This document shows, one piece after another, positions 31,461 to 40,300 of a stretch of 64,000 nt of DNA. How positions within the stretch are numbered: position 1 is the stretch's first letter; the number at the start of each line of letters is the position of its first letter. Location of the stretch: positions 128,001-192,000 of the forward strand of contig CAWJQQ010000002.1 of the NCBI GenBank assembly GCA_963845065.1, in the 5' to 3' direction. Under the pieces are notes generated by a model that was given only the letters and a program-made list of their open reading frames with translations, was not told where the DNA came from and did no database searches. This stretch comes from Nitrospirota bacterium (GTDB lineage Bacteria; Nitrospirota; UBA9217). The translations under genes were made by a program, and so were the position numbers.

Positions 31461-31530
31461 GAACAATGGGCACTGTCAATCCCCCATCCTTCCTACCCAG
31501 GAGGAAAACCCCTGACAGTGTCCATTGTTC
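31461..31530 (+). ncRNA. Candidate structured RNA / 5' leader
   Basis: 18-bp stem GAACAATGGGCACTGTCA / TGACAGTGTCCATTGTTC enclosing C-rich loops and a small inner hairpin. Confidence 0.45.
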
Positions 31531-31606
31531 GAGCTTCTTCACCTTCACGAAAGAATGATGCATAAGACCGCATGGGATCAGCATCGTAAATGCAAAGGAG
31601 AACATC

Positions 31607-31942
31607 ATGTTTTTCAACGGCAATGGGTGCCATAACATAGGCCCTCAAGAGTTACGCGAAAAAATGAATTCTGGGAAAGACTTTCTCCTGCTCGACGTTA
31701 GAACGCCGATGGAGCATTCAGCTCAATCTATAAAGGGGTCATACCTGCTCCCACTCCAGGAACTCGGGCATCGTCTGGATGAGATCCCCAAGAACAAGGA
31801 AATCGTAGTTTATTGCAGAGTTGGAAACCGGAGCGCCTATGCCTGTTCCTATCTCTCGCGTTTGGGATACAAGGTCAATAATCTCGAAGGCGGGATCATG
31901 TCATGGGATATGTCCGACCGAGTTTCGCTGGCAACGGCTTAA
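31607..31942 (+). CDS. Single-domain rhodanese (sulfurtransferase)
   Basis: LLDVRTPxEH, YCRVGNRS active-site loop, NLEGG; AAGGAG RBS. Confidence 0.93.
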   Translation: MFFNGNGCHNIGPQELREKMNSGKDFLLLDVRTPMEHSAQSIKGSYLLPLQELGHRLDEIPKNKEIVVYCRVGNRSAYACSYLSRLGYKVNNLEGGIMSWDMSDRVSLATA

Positions 31943-31974
31943 CAGTAATTGAAACAAGGCCATTGAATTGCGAG

Positions 31975-32110
31975 ACCGGGAAAATTTTTTCTATTCTCGT
32001 CCTGCTGCTGACATTGGATATTACAGCTTACAGCTACGCTGCAGAGATTCTAACCTTGAGCAGGCCATCATTAAAGCGCTCGATATTGACCCAGGGCTCA
32101 AACAGCACGA
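31975..32110 (+). pseudogene. Frameshifted N-terminal fragment resembling a TolC-family protein
   Basis: Signal-like ILVLLLTL...YAAEILT then, after a frameshift, LEQAIIKALDIDPGLK. Confidence 0.35.
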
Positions 32111-32209
32111 GATAGCCCAGGGCATCAATATAATCTTCGCGAAGACAATCCATGTCGTGGACAACGAAACACCGTCAAGGGAAGTAGGAATATACCTGCT
32201 CCCCATGCG

Positions 32210-32440
32210 ACGTCGCAGCGTGGACAGCAAAATATTTCTTCTTGTCGCATGCTAACGTCGGCCAGGGAATGGACCGTGCATGCAGTGGATGTATAATAGC
32301 CCGGAACGATCAGTTCTGGGATACCTTCCCGTCGTAATTTATCCGATGCCCTGCGAAGATACTGCCCCTTCGGTCCATTGTTAATCATCTTGTTTTGTGC
32401 ACCACGACTGGTTCCTCTTCGCAGGCTTCGTTGGTGTCAC
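32210..32440 (-). pseudogene. Relic of a TnpB/Cas12f-like nuclease (post-RuvC-II helix and zinc finger)
   Basis: QNKMINNGPKGQY...DKLRREGIPELIVPGYYTSTACTVH...MRQEEIFCCPRC; no RuvC-I or RuvC-III. Confidence 0.55.
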
Positions 32441-32558
32441 GCTCTCGATTTTTGGCTTGACAGGATTCTACCTCATTAGTATTATACCTAGTGCCTTGAT
32501 CCCCGCAAGCGGCGCAAGCGCTAGATGCATCGCAATCATTATTTGGAGGAATATTATC

Positions 32559-32753
32559 ATGCCGTTTTATGAATATCGTTGTGAAGCTTGCTGCAAGGAC
32601 TTCGTCCTCTTGCAGTCCATGAACACCAAGGCTGAAGACACGTCCTGTCCCTATTGCAGCGAAAAGAAAGCCAGGAAGCTCCTTTCCAAGTTTTCGTCGT
32701 ACGCCGAAGGCTCGGTCTGCAGCACCGGGGGCCATTCCCGGGGAGGCGGTTGA
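32559..32753 (+). CDS. FmdB-family zinc-ribbon protein (possibly extended to 32762 by Sec readthrough)
   Basis: MPFYEYRCEAC...CPYCS...KLLSKF; GGAGG RBS. Confidence 0.9.
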   Translation: MPFYEYRCEACCKDFVLLQSMNTKAEDTSCPYCSEKKARKLLSKFSSYAEGSVCSTGGHSRGGG

Positions 32754-32790
32754 GGCGTTTAACGTCCCCCGTGAGCGGACAAAAACCCTA

Positions 32791-32826
32791 AAGCCTGAGG
32801 ATCCTGTGATTCTCAGGCTTTTTTTG
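32791..32826 (+). terminator. Intrinsic terminator
   Basis: AAGCCTGAGGATC...GATTCTCAGGCTT followed by a T tract. Confidence 0.8.
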
Positions 32827-32878
32827 CAGAAGTAATGCACGAAAAATATTTCATTGCACAGATCGCACTACTCATTCG

Positions 32879-32942
32879 CCATTCCCGCGAAAAAGGAATC
32901 CGGTTATTCCCATATTTTCTGATTCGAGTCAAGCCGGAATGA
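32879..32942. repeat. Degenerate REP-like (ATTCCC-N8-GGAAT type) inverted pair
   Basis: CATTCCCGCGAAAAAGGAATCC ... GATTCGAGTCAAGCCGGAATGA. Confidence 0.5.
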
Positions 32943-33004
32943 TTTAGATCTAAAAGTGCATATCCCTGTGTCTGCATGAACAGCGTTTAGCGAACCCTCC
33001 GCAT

Positions 33005-33724
33005 ATGAATAAGTGGAACTTCCTCGACACGGGCTCCAATCTCGGCTCGTACAACATGGCCGTTGACGAAGAACTGCTCGGCCGCGCGCAGATGGGTGAT
33101 CGGGTCCCTGTGCTCCGGTTCTATGGCTGGAATCCTCCTACCGTTTCCCTCGGCAGGTTTCAAAAAATCGAAGAGGCTGTCAACATCGAAGCCTGCGGAC
33201 AGTGCGGCTTCGACATTGTGAGGCGAATCACCGGCGGCAGGGCCGTACTCCACCGCTATGAGCTTACCTACAGCGTTATCAGCAGAACCGACAATCCCCT
33301 TTTCCCGCCTAATGTCCACGGCACATATAAAGTCATCTCGGAAGGGCTCCTGGAAGGCCTTAGGAATCTCGGCATTTCAGCTGAAATCGTTTCCCGGGCG
33401 AGCCGTCATGCTCATCTCGTAGAAACGCGTGCGAAAGGTCCAGCCTGTTTTTCCTCCCCCTCATGGTACGAGATTGTAGTGAACGGAAAAAAGATCATCG
33501 GAAGCGCTCAGCGCAGGCTGTCCATTGCTTTTTTGCAGCACGGATCGATCCTGATCGATTATGATCCCCTGCTTGAAGCAGCAATCATTCCTGGCGGAGG
33601 AACGTCGTGCGCCATTACATCAATTCAACAGGAACTCAATAGAAATATCCTGCTTGCAGATATCAAGCAGGCTTTTCAGCAGGGATTTCAATCACGGCTC
33701 GAAATTGACTTTCAGCATTCATGA
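33005..33724 (+). CDS. Lipoate-protein ligase A / LipM-family protein
   Basis: NMAVDEEL, LRFYGW, VRRITGGRAVLH, CFSSPS, KIIGSAQ, LQHGS. Confidence 0.92.
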   Translation: MNKWNFLDTGSNLGSYNMAVDEELLGRAQMGDRVPVLRFYGWNPPTVSLGRFQKIEEAVNIEACGQCGFDIVRRITGGRAVLHRYELTYSVISRTDNPLFPPNVHGTYKVISEGLLEGLRNLGISAEIVSRASRHAHLVETRAKGPACFSSPSWYEIVVNGKKIIGSAQRRLSIAFLQHGSILIDYDPLLEAAIIPGGGTSCAITSIQQELNRNILLADIKQAFQQGFQSRLEIDFQHS

Positions 33725-33849
33725 TGAGTTATCGCACAACCCATGGCGCGAATCTTACTTAGCATTGCTCTTCTGCTGACTGGAATACAGGGATGAATCT
33801 TGACCCGATGTCGCAATGAGAGTAAAATGGTGATGTGCTACTTGCTTCA

Positions 33850-34210
33850 AAGTTTTATATTTCCAACCACTCCTCAATGGTCATTGAGCCGAACCGCAAA
33901 AGCTTGATAACAGGGTGCTGGATGTCACTCAAAGAAACTGGGGAAAAAGGCTCTTCCAATAATTCAAACTCCACACGCTCGCAATATCCAAGGCAACTTC
34001 TCGGCGGAGGCGTGTTTAAGCTACCGCGCCATTCGGGATAACTCGCGGCACCAACTTCTTCTCTATCGTTGCCATTGGCGCCTCGGCAAGGGCACATGAA
34101 GCCTTTGAACAATTCTCCAGGAACATGCCTGAGGAAAGTGATATGGCCTTTGCGATACCAAAGACGGTCATTGTTCAAGAGGAAAACAGCATGAGCGCCA
34201 GGCCGCGCGC
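33850..34210 (-). pseudogene. Heavily degraded gene fragment, possibly molybdopterin oxidoreductase
   Basis: ANGNDREEVG...RGSLNTP and REVALDIASVW in different frames loosely resemble the NasA/FDH core; many stops. Confidence 0.25.
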
Positions 34211-34369
34211 TTCATCCCGACGACAAGGATAGGTTTACGATTTGTTGTCTTAGGTTTCATCCTGATCGGTTTCTTAACATATCCGGTAGAGTGCGCGTGG
34301 GCTCATGGCCACTGACCGAGCCGTCGTTCACCATAAAAGAAACATCGGATTTCCTTAAATTCCTTAACT

Positions 34370-36670
34370 ATGTCATTTAAAACAAAACTGACCATGCTCT
34401 TTGCCGCATTCACGCTGATCTCGCTCGTGCTGTTCGGCGCCGTCATCTTTTCACAAACAGACAAGACGCTGGTGACCGTCCGGCTTGCGCAGTTGAACAA
34501 TCTCGCGGACCTGAAGAAAGACAAGATTGAGACGTTCTTTAATGAACGGAAAACAAATCTTAAATCGGCCCAGTATTATCTAAATATCAAACGCAACCTG
34601 CCCATACTTATCAGCCTTAGACTGGGAGGCAGCGATCCCGAATATATTAAAGCAATGAAGGAATTGGACGGCCAGTTGAAACCTTACCAGGCCGCCCATG
34701 GATTCTTGGATGTCATGCTCACGGACCGCAATGGCCGTATTGTCTATGTCAGTAACGATACGCAGCGTGCAGAATACCTGAGTCAAATGCTCCCAGACAG
34801 GCATATGGTAGAAGAAGGCAAAAAAAACATTTATTTTTCCGATGTTATTCTCGAGCAGAGGAAGGGGAACACGTTCGAAATGTTCGGCGTAGCCCCGATA
34901 ACAAAATTAAATGGGAGTTTCATCGGAGAGGTCGTTATTGAGATCGATATGGATCCCATTTACAAGTTCATCCATTACAGCGCCGGGCTCGGCGAAACCG
35001 GAGAGGCCTTGATCGATCGCAAGGAAGGAAACGAGGTACTATTCTTAAGCCCTCTTCGCACTGATCCGGAGGCCGCATTAAAAAAGAAGATTCCTTTTAA
35101 TGAAAGGGTGGCGCTAGCCGCGCAGAAGGCCGCCCTAGGAGAAACCGGATCGGGGATTACCTATGATTACGGGGGAACGAAAGTGCTGGCCGCCTGGAGA
35201 TACATCCCATCCCTGCGCTGGGGGCTGGTGACAAAGATCAACGCCGAGGAAGCTCTAGCACCGATCAGTAGTTTAAAAATCATCGTTATTACTGTAGGGG
35301 CCTTCATCATATTCGTCGGCGTTTTGGCGGCCGCGGCAATTGCAAGAAGTATAGCGAAACCGATCTTATCCCTGCAGCGGGGAACGGAAATAATCGGCAG
35401 TGGTAATTTTGATTATAAAGTGGGGACAGACGCAAAGGATGAGGTGGGACAACTCTCGAGACTCATCGATTCCATGACCGAAAATTTAAAAATGGTTACG
35501 GCATCACGAGATGAGCTAAACAAGGAAATTGCCGAGCGAAAAGATGCTGAGAAAAACCTGCGGGAAAGCGAGGCGCGATTCCGCCTTATGGTAAAGAGCG
35601 TGAAAGACTACGCGATTATCATGCTCGACGCGGAAGGCAATGTAGTTAACTGGAACGAGGGAGCGGCACGAATAAAGGGCTACGCTCCGGACGAAATAAT
35701 CGGTAAGCACTTTTCGTGCTTCTACACCGAGGAAGATAAGCTCAGCGGGAAACCCGCCCGAGAAATTAACGAAGCAGCTGAAAAGGGGAGCTTTGAGGAT
35801 GAAGGTATCAGGGTCCGCAAGGACGGATCGCACTTTGTTGCAACTGTGACCATTACGGCATTGAAAAACGATGTCGGGAAGCTGCAAGGCTTCTCGAAGG
35901 TCACTCGTGACATCACCGAACGCAAGAAGGCGGAGGAAGAAATCAGAAAGCTGAACAGGGATTTAGAGGCACGCGTCGTCAAACGCACAGCCGAGCTGGA
36001 AAATTCCAACAAGGAACTTGAGGCCTTCGCCTATTCCGTCTCACATGATCTGCGAACGCCGCTCCGGAGCATCGAAGGATTCAGTCATGCGCTTCTCGAA
36101 GATTATGCCGATAAGCTTGATCAGACAGGCAAGGACTACCTTGAACGAGTCCGGAACGCAACCGTGCGCATGGGGCAGATCATTGACGACCTGCTGAAGT
36201 TATCCCGCGTTACGCGCAGTGAAATGAACCGCAAACGGGTGAACCTGAGTGCCATTGTTAAGAGCATTGCAGAAAGCCTGCATCACAACCACCCGGAGCG
36301 GAACGCGCAATTCATGATAGTCGACGACCTCACGGCATACGGCGATGAGCGTCTTCTCACAGTGGCCCTTGAGAACTTGATATCGAACGCGTGGAAATTT
36401 AGTGAAAAAGCCATCCCGAGTGTGATAGAATTCGGAGTTACCCAAAAAGACGGCAACCGCGCATACTTCGTAAAGGACAACGGGGCCGGTTTTGACATGA
36501 CCTATGCAGGCAAGCTCTTCAGCGCTTTCCAGCGGCTGCACAAGAATGAGGAATTTCCGGGCACCGGAATTGGCTTGGCCACGGTCAAACGCATTATCAG
36601 CCGGCACGGAGGAAGCGTCTGGATCGAAGCCGCGCCGGGAAAAGGTGCGACGGCATTCTTTACGTTATAG
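34370..36670 (+). CDS. Membrane sensor histidine kinase (Cache-HAMP-PAS-HisKA-HATPase)
   Basis: Two TM helices, GLGETGE, DEVGQL (HAMP), NWNEGA (PAS), SHDLRTPL, DNGAGF, GTGIGL. Confidence 0.94.
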   Translation: MSFKTKLTMLFAAFTLISLVLFGAVIFSQTDKTLVTVRLAQLNNLADLKKDKIETFFNERKTNLKSAQYYLNIKRNLPILISLRLGGSDPEYIKAMKELDGQLKPYQAAHGFLDVMLTDRNGRIVYVSNDTQRAEYLSQMLPDRHMVEEGKKNIYFSDVILEQRKGNTFEMFGVAPITKLNGSFIGEVVIEIDMDPIYKFIHYSAGLGETGEALIDRKEGNEVLFLSPLRTDPEAALKKKIPFNERVALAAQKAALGETGSGITYDYGGTKVLAAWRYIPSLRWGLVTKINAEEALAPISSLKIIVITVGAFIIFVGVLAAAAIARSIAKPILSLQRGTEIIGSGNFDYKVGTDAKDEVGQLSRLIDSMTENLKMVTASRDELNKEIAERKDAEKNLRESEARFRLMVKSVKDYAIIMLDAEGNVVNWNEGAARIKGYAPDEIIGKHFSCFYTEEDKLSGKPAREINEAAEKGSFEDEGIRVRKDGSHFVATVTITALKNDVGKLQGFSKVTRDITERKKAEEEIRKLNRDLEARVVKRTAELENSNKELEAFAYSVSHDLRTPLRSIEGFSHALLEDYADKLDQTGKDYLERVRNATVRMGQIIDDLLKLSRVTRSEMNRKRVNLSAIVKSIAESLHHNHPERNAQFMIVDDLTAYGDERLLTVALENLISNAWKFSEKAIPSVIEFGVTQKDGNRAYFVKDNGAGFDMTYAGKLFSAFQRLHKNEEFPGTGIGLATVKRIISRHGGSVWIEAAPGKGATAFFTL

Positions 36671-36751
36671 ATAAAAATAGTTGATTTCTCGTTCAATATT
36701 ATAACAAGAAACTTGAATGAATAACGTATACCAATCCTGGTGGGAGGATCG

Positions 36752-37183
36752 ATGAAAGACAAGGTAATTCTATTAGCTGAAGACAATCCCGACGACGTTC
36801 AACTAACGCTCCGGGCCCTCAAGAAAAGCAAGATCATGAATGAAGTGGTGGTGGCGCAGGACGGTGTCGAGGCCATGGAATATCTGTTCGGCACGGGCAA
36901 GTACGCAGGACGTGACACGAAGATCCTGCCCCAGGTGTTCCTCCTGGATCTGAAGATGCCCAGGATGGACGGACTCGAATTGCTGCAGCGCATACGTAGC
37001 GATGAGAGGACAAAATTGCTCCCGGTCGTTGTGCTCACGACATCGAGCGAGGATAAGGACCGCGTAGAAAGTTACAAGTTTGGCGCAAACAGCTATGTCA
37101 GAAAGCCTGTGGACTTCAATCAGTTCGCGCAAGCCGTACACCAGCTCGGGCTGTACTGGCTGGTATTGAACGAAACGCCCTGA
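36752..37183 (+). CDS. Single-domain response regulator (Rcp1-like)
   Basis: EDNPDD, LLDLKMP, LTTS, GANSYVRKPVDF. Confidence 0.95.
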   Translation: MKDKVILLAEDNPDDVQLTLRALKKSKIMNEVVVAQDGVEAMEYLFGTGKYAGRDTKILPQVFLLDLKMPRMDGLELLQRIRSDERTKLLPVVVLTTSSEDKDRVESYKFGANSYVRKPVDFNQFAQAVHQLGLYWLVLNETP

Positions 37184-37226
37184 CCACTCTCCATGGTTGA
37201 AACCAGGGGTATTTCGCGAAAACCCG
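37180..37226 (-). mobile_element. Miniature IS200/IS605-derived hairpin element
   Basis: CTGACCACTCTCCATGGTTGAAACCAGGGG closely matches the right end at 27026 (CTGACCACTCCCCATGTCTAAAGCCAGGGG). Confidence 0.75.
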
Positions 37227-37305
37227 GCAATAAGACTGTTTTCTTTTTTAATGTTCTTAGCCTTGATTTAACTCACTCAATGAACGAAAATCTTTTTTTG
37301 CAATA

Positions 37306-40300
37306 ATGCCCAAACCACTGCACATATTGATCGTCGAGGATTCCGAGGACGATTCCCTCCTGCTGATCCGAGAGCTGCGGCGCGCAGGCTATGAACCCGT
37401 ATACGAACTCGTTGAAACGCCGGAAACCATGCGCGCTGCGCTGGCGCGGAAGCATTGGGACATCATCGTTTCCGACTACCTCATGCCGCACTTCAGCGGC
37501 CTTGCAGCGTTGGAGCTCCTTAAGAGCACCGGTCTTGACCTGCCGTTCATCATAGTATCGGGCAACATCGGCGAGGACATCGCCGTCGAGGCCATGAGAG
37601 CCGGTGCCCATGACTATATCATTAAGGGCAGCCTTGCCAGACTCAGCCCCGCGGTGGAGCGGGAACTGCGCGAAGCGGAAACGCGGCGTAACCGTAAGCA
37701 GACGGAAGACCAACTCGATCAATCGCGCCGACGTCTTGTGGAAACGCTTGAAACTATCAACGAAGGTTTTTTCACGCTCGACAACGACTGGCGATTCACC
37801 TATGTGAACAACGAAGCGTCCGAGATGTGGGGGAAAGACAAACGGGACTTGATCGGTACAACTCTGTGGGACCTCGCGCCACGATCTGAGGGCTCCCCGT
37901 TCGAAGAACGGTACCGGAAGGTCATGAAAGAACGGGTTCCTGTCCGGTTCGAGGCTATCTCGCCATTGCTCGGAGTTTGGGTCGAAGTGCGCGCTCATCC
38001 GAGTGAGGACGGCATCGCCGTCTATTTTCACAACATCGCTGACCGCAAAAAAGCAGAAGAAGACATATCCCGCCTGAACCGGCTATACTCCGTCCTCAGC
38101 AAGGCGAACGAAGCAATCGTACGGATCAACGATATCCAAAAACTATACGAAAAGGTATGCCGCATAGCAATCGAAGACGGCGGTTTTAAAATGGCCTGGA
38201 TCGGCTTGGCCGACCCGGCAACGAAAAGGATCATCCCCGCTGAAAGCTGCGGGGACAATGGCGGATACCTGAAGGATATTAACGTCGTTGCTGATGATGT
38301 CCCGGAAGGCCGGGGGCCAACAGGCCGGGCCGTGGTCGAGGGGAAATACGAGATCAGCAGCGATATAGAGCATGATCTCATCATGCTTCCTTGGCGCGAC
38401 AAGGCGCTGCGGCATGGCTTCCGCACATCGGCCGCGTTCCCGCTACGCTCCCGTGGGGAAGTCATCGGCGCTTTAACCGTGTACGGGGACCAACCCCGGT
38501 CCTTTTTGAACGAGGAAATCATACTCCTGTCGTCTCTCGCCGAAGACATCTCGCATGCCGTCGACTCCCTGTCTAATGAAAAGCTGCGGAATGATGCTGA
38601 AAAGAGAACGGAGGTCACCAACGCCCTGCTCAAGCTTTTCACGCAGAAGTACTCGCGCAAGGAATATCTGGATGCCGCCTGCGGGTTAGTCCGCGAATGG
38701 AGCGGCATGCGCCGCGTGGGCGTACGGCTGTTGCGTGAGGACAACCATATCCCCTTTGAGTCCTGCGAGGGATACGACGACACGTTCCTGGAAGAGGAAG
38801 ACACCCTGTCGCTCGAGCAGGACCGATGCGTCTGTATGCGAATCGTAGATGGATCACCGGTGGACTCTGACCGCTTCGCCATGACGCCGAACGGCTCGTT
38901 TTTCTCAGGCAATGCGATCAAGTTCACAGATGGTCTTAATGTCGCAGAACGCTCTCAATACCGTGGCGTTTGCATGAAGAACGGATTCAAATCGCTCGCC
39001 GTCGTCCCCATCCGGCATCGCGAAAGTCCCATCGGAGCGATCCACTTAGCCGATGAGCGTGAGGGCATTGTGCACCTCCAGAACGTGGAATTCCTGGAAC
39101 ACCTGGCGAACATCATCGGAGAAGCGCTCTTGCGATTCAATATGGAAGATGACCTGCGCAAGAACTTCGATACGCTGCAGAGAACGTCCGAGCTCCTTGA
39201 ACGGTTTTTCTCCACTACGCACATGCTCGTCGCGTACATGGACCGGGACTTCAACTTTATCCGCGTGAACCGGGCCTATGCTGAGGCAGGCTACTCCACT
39301 TCGGATTTTTACATCGGGAAAAACCATTTCAGCCTCTATCCCAATGTGGAAAACGAGGAGATATTCCGGCGTGTCGTGGAAACCGGCGAGCCATTTCTGG
39401 CGTTCGAGAAGCTTTTCACCTTCACCGAGCGGCCCGAGCTTGAAGTTTCCTACTGGGACTGGAACGTGCTCCCGGTGAAGGAAGCCGACGGCCGGGTGAG
39501 CGGGATCATTTTCACGCTCGTCAACGTCACCCCGCGCAAGCGCGCGGAAGACGAACTGAGGCAATCCCTTGCCTACAACCGGAGCCTGATCGAGGCAAGC
39601 CTCGATCCGCTGGTCACCATCGGCCCCAGGGGCCAGATCATTGACGTGAATGCCGCTACCGAAATGGCGACCGGTCTTCTGCGGGATGAACTCATCGGCA
39701 CCGATTTCTCAGAATATTTCACGGAGCCTGCCAAGGCGCGTTCCGGTAACTTGAAGGTGTTCCGCGAAGGCAAGGTCAGGGACTACGCTCTCGAGATGCG
39801 ACATCGCGACGGCCGGGTGACGCCGGTCCTGTACAACGCCTCCACCTACCGGGACGATGCCGGAAATATTCTCGGCATCTTTGCCGCAGCCCGCGACGTC
39901 ACCGAACTCAAGGAAGCCGAACGACGCACGTCGATCACGAACAGTCTCCTGCAGTTGTACACGCAGACTTACTCCCGCAAGAGCTATCTGGATGCGGCCG
40001 TCGAGATTATCCGTTCCTTGTGCAGCTGCCGCAACGCGGGCATCCGGGTCAAGGACCGGGATGAGCGTGTTCCTTATATAACTTGCTCCGGGTTCGACAG
40101 CTCTTTCATCGAATCGGAGAGCAGGCTGTCGCTCGCCGAGGACCATTGCGCGTGCACGCGGGTCATCTCGGGAGTGCTAGACCCGGCGGACGCCACCGCA
40201 ACGACGTTGCATGGATCGCTCTACTATAACAGCGCCATAGGGTTCCTGGACAACCTGCCAGAGTCGCAAAAAAATAGGTACCGGGGCATCTGCCAGCAGA

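Noticed and set aside
31451..31600. c-di-GMP-I riboswitch (GGCAAA / GCAAA motifs)
   Set aside because: The GNRA-capped P2 and correctly spaced P3 are absent; the sequence instead forms one long stem.
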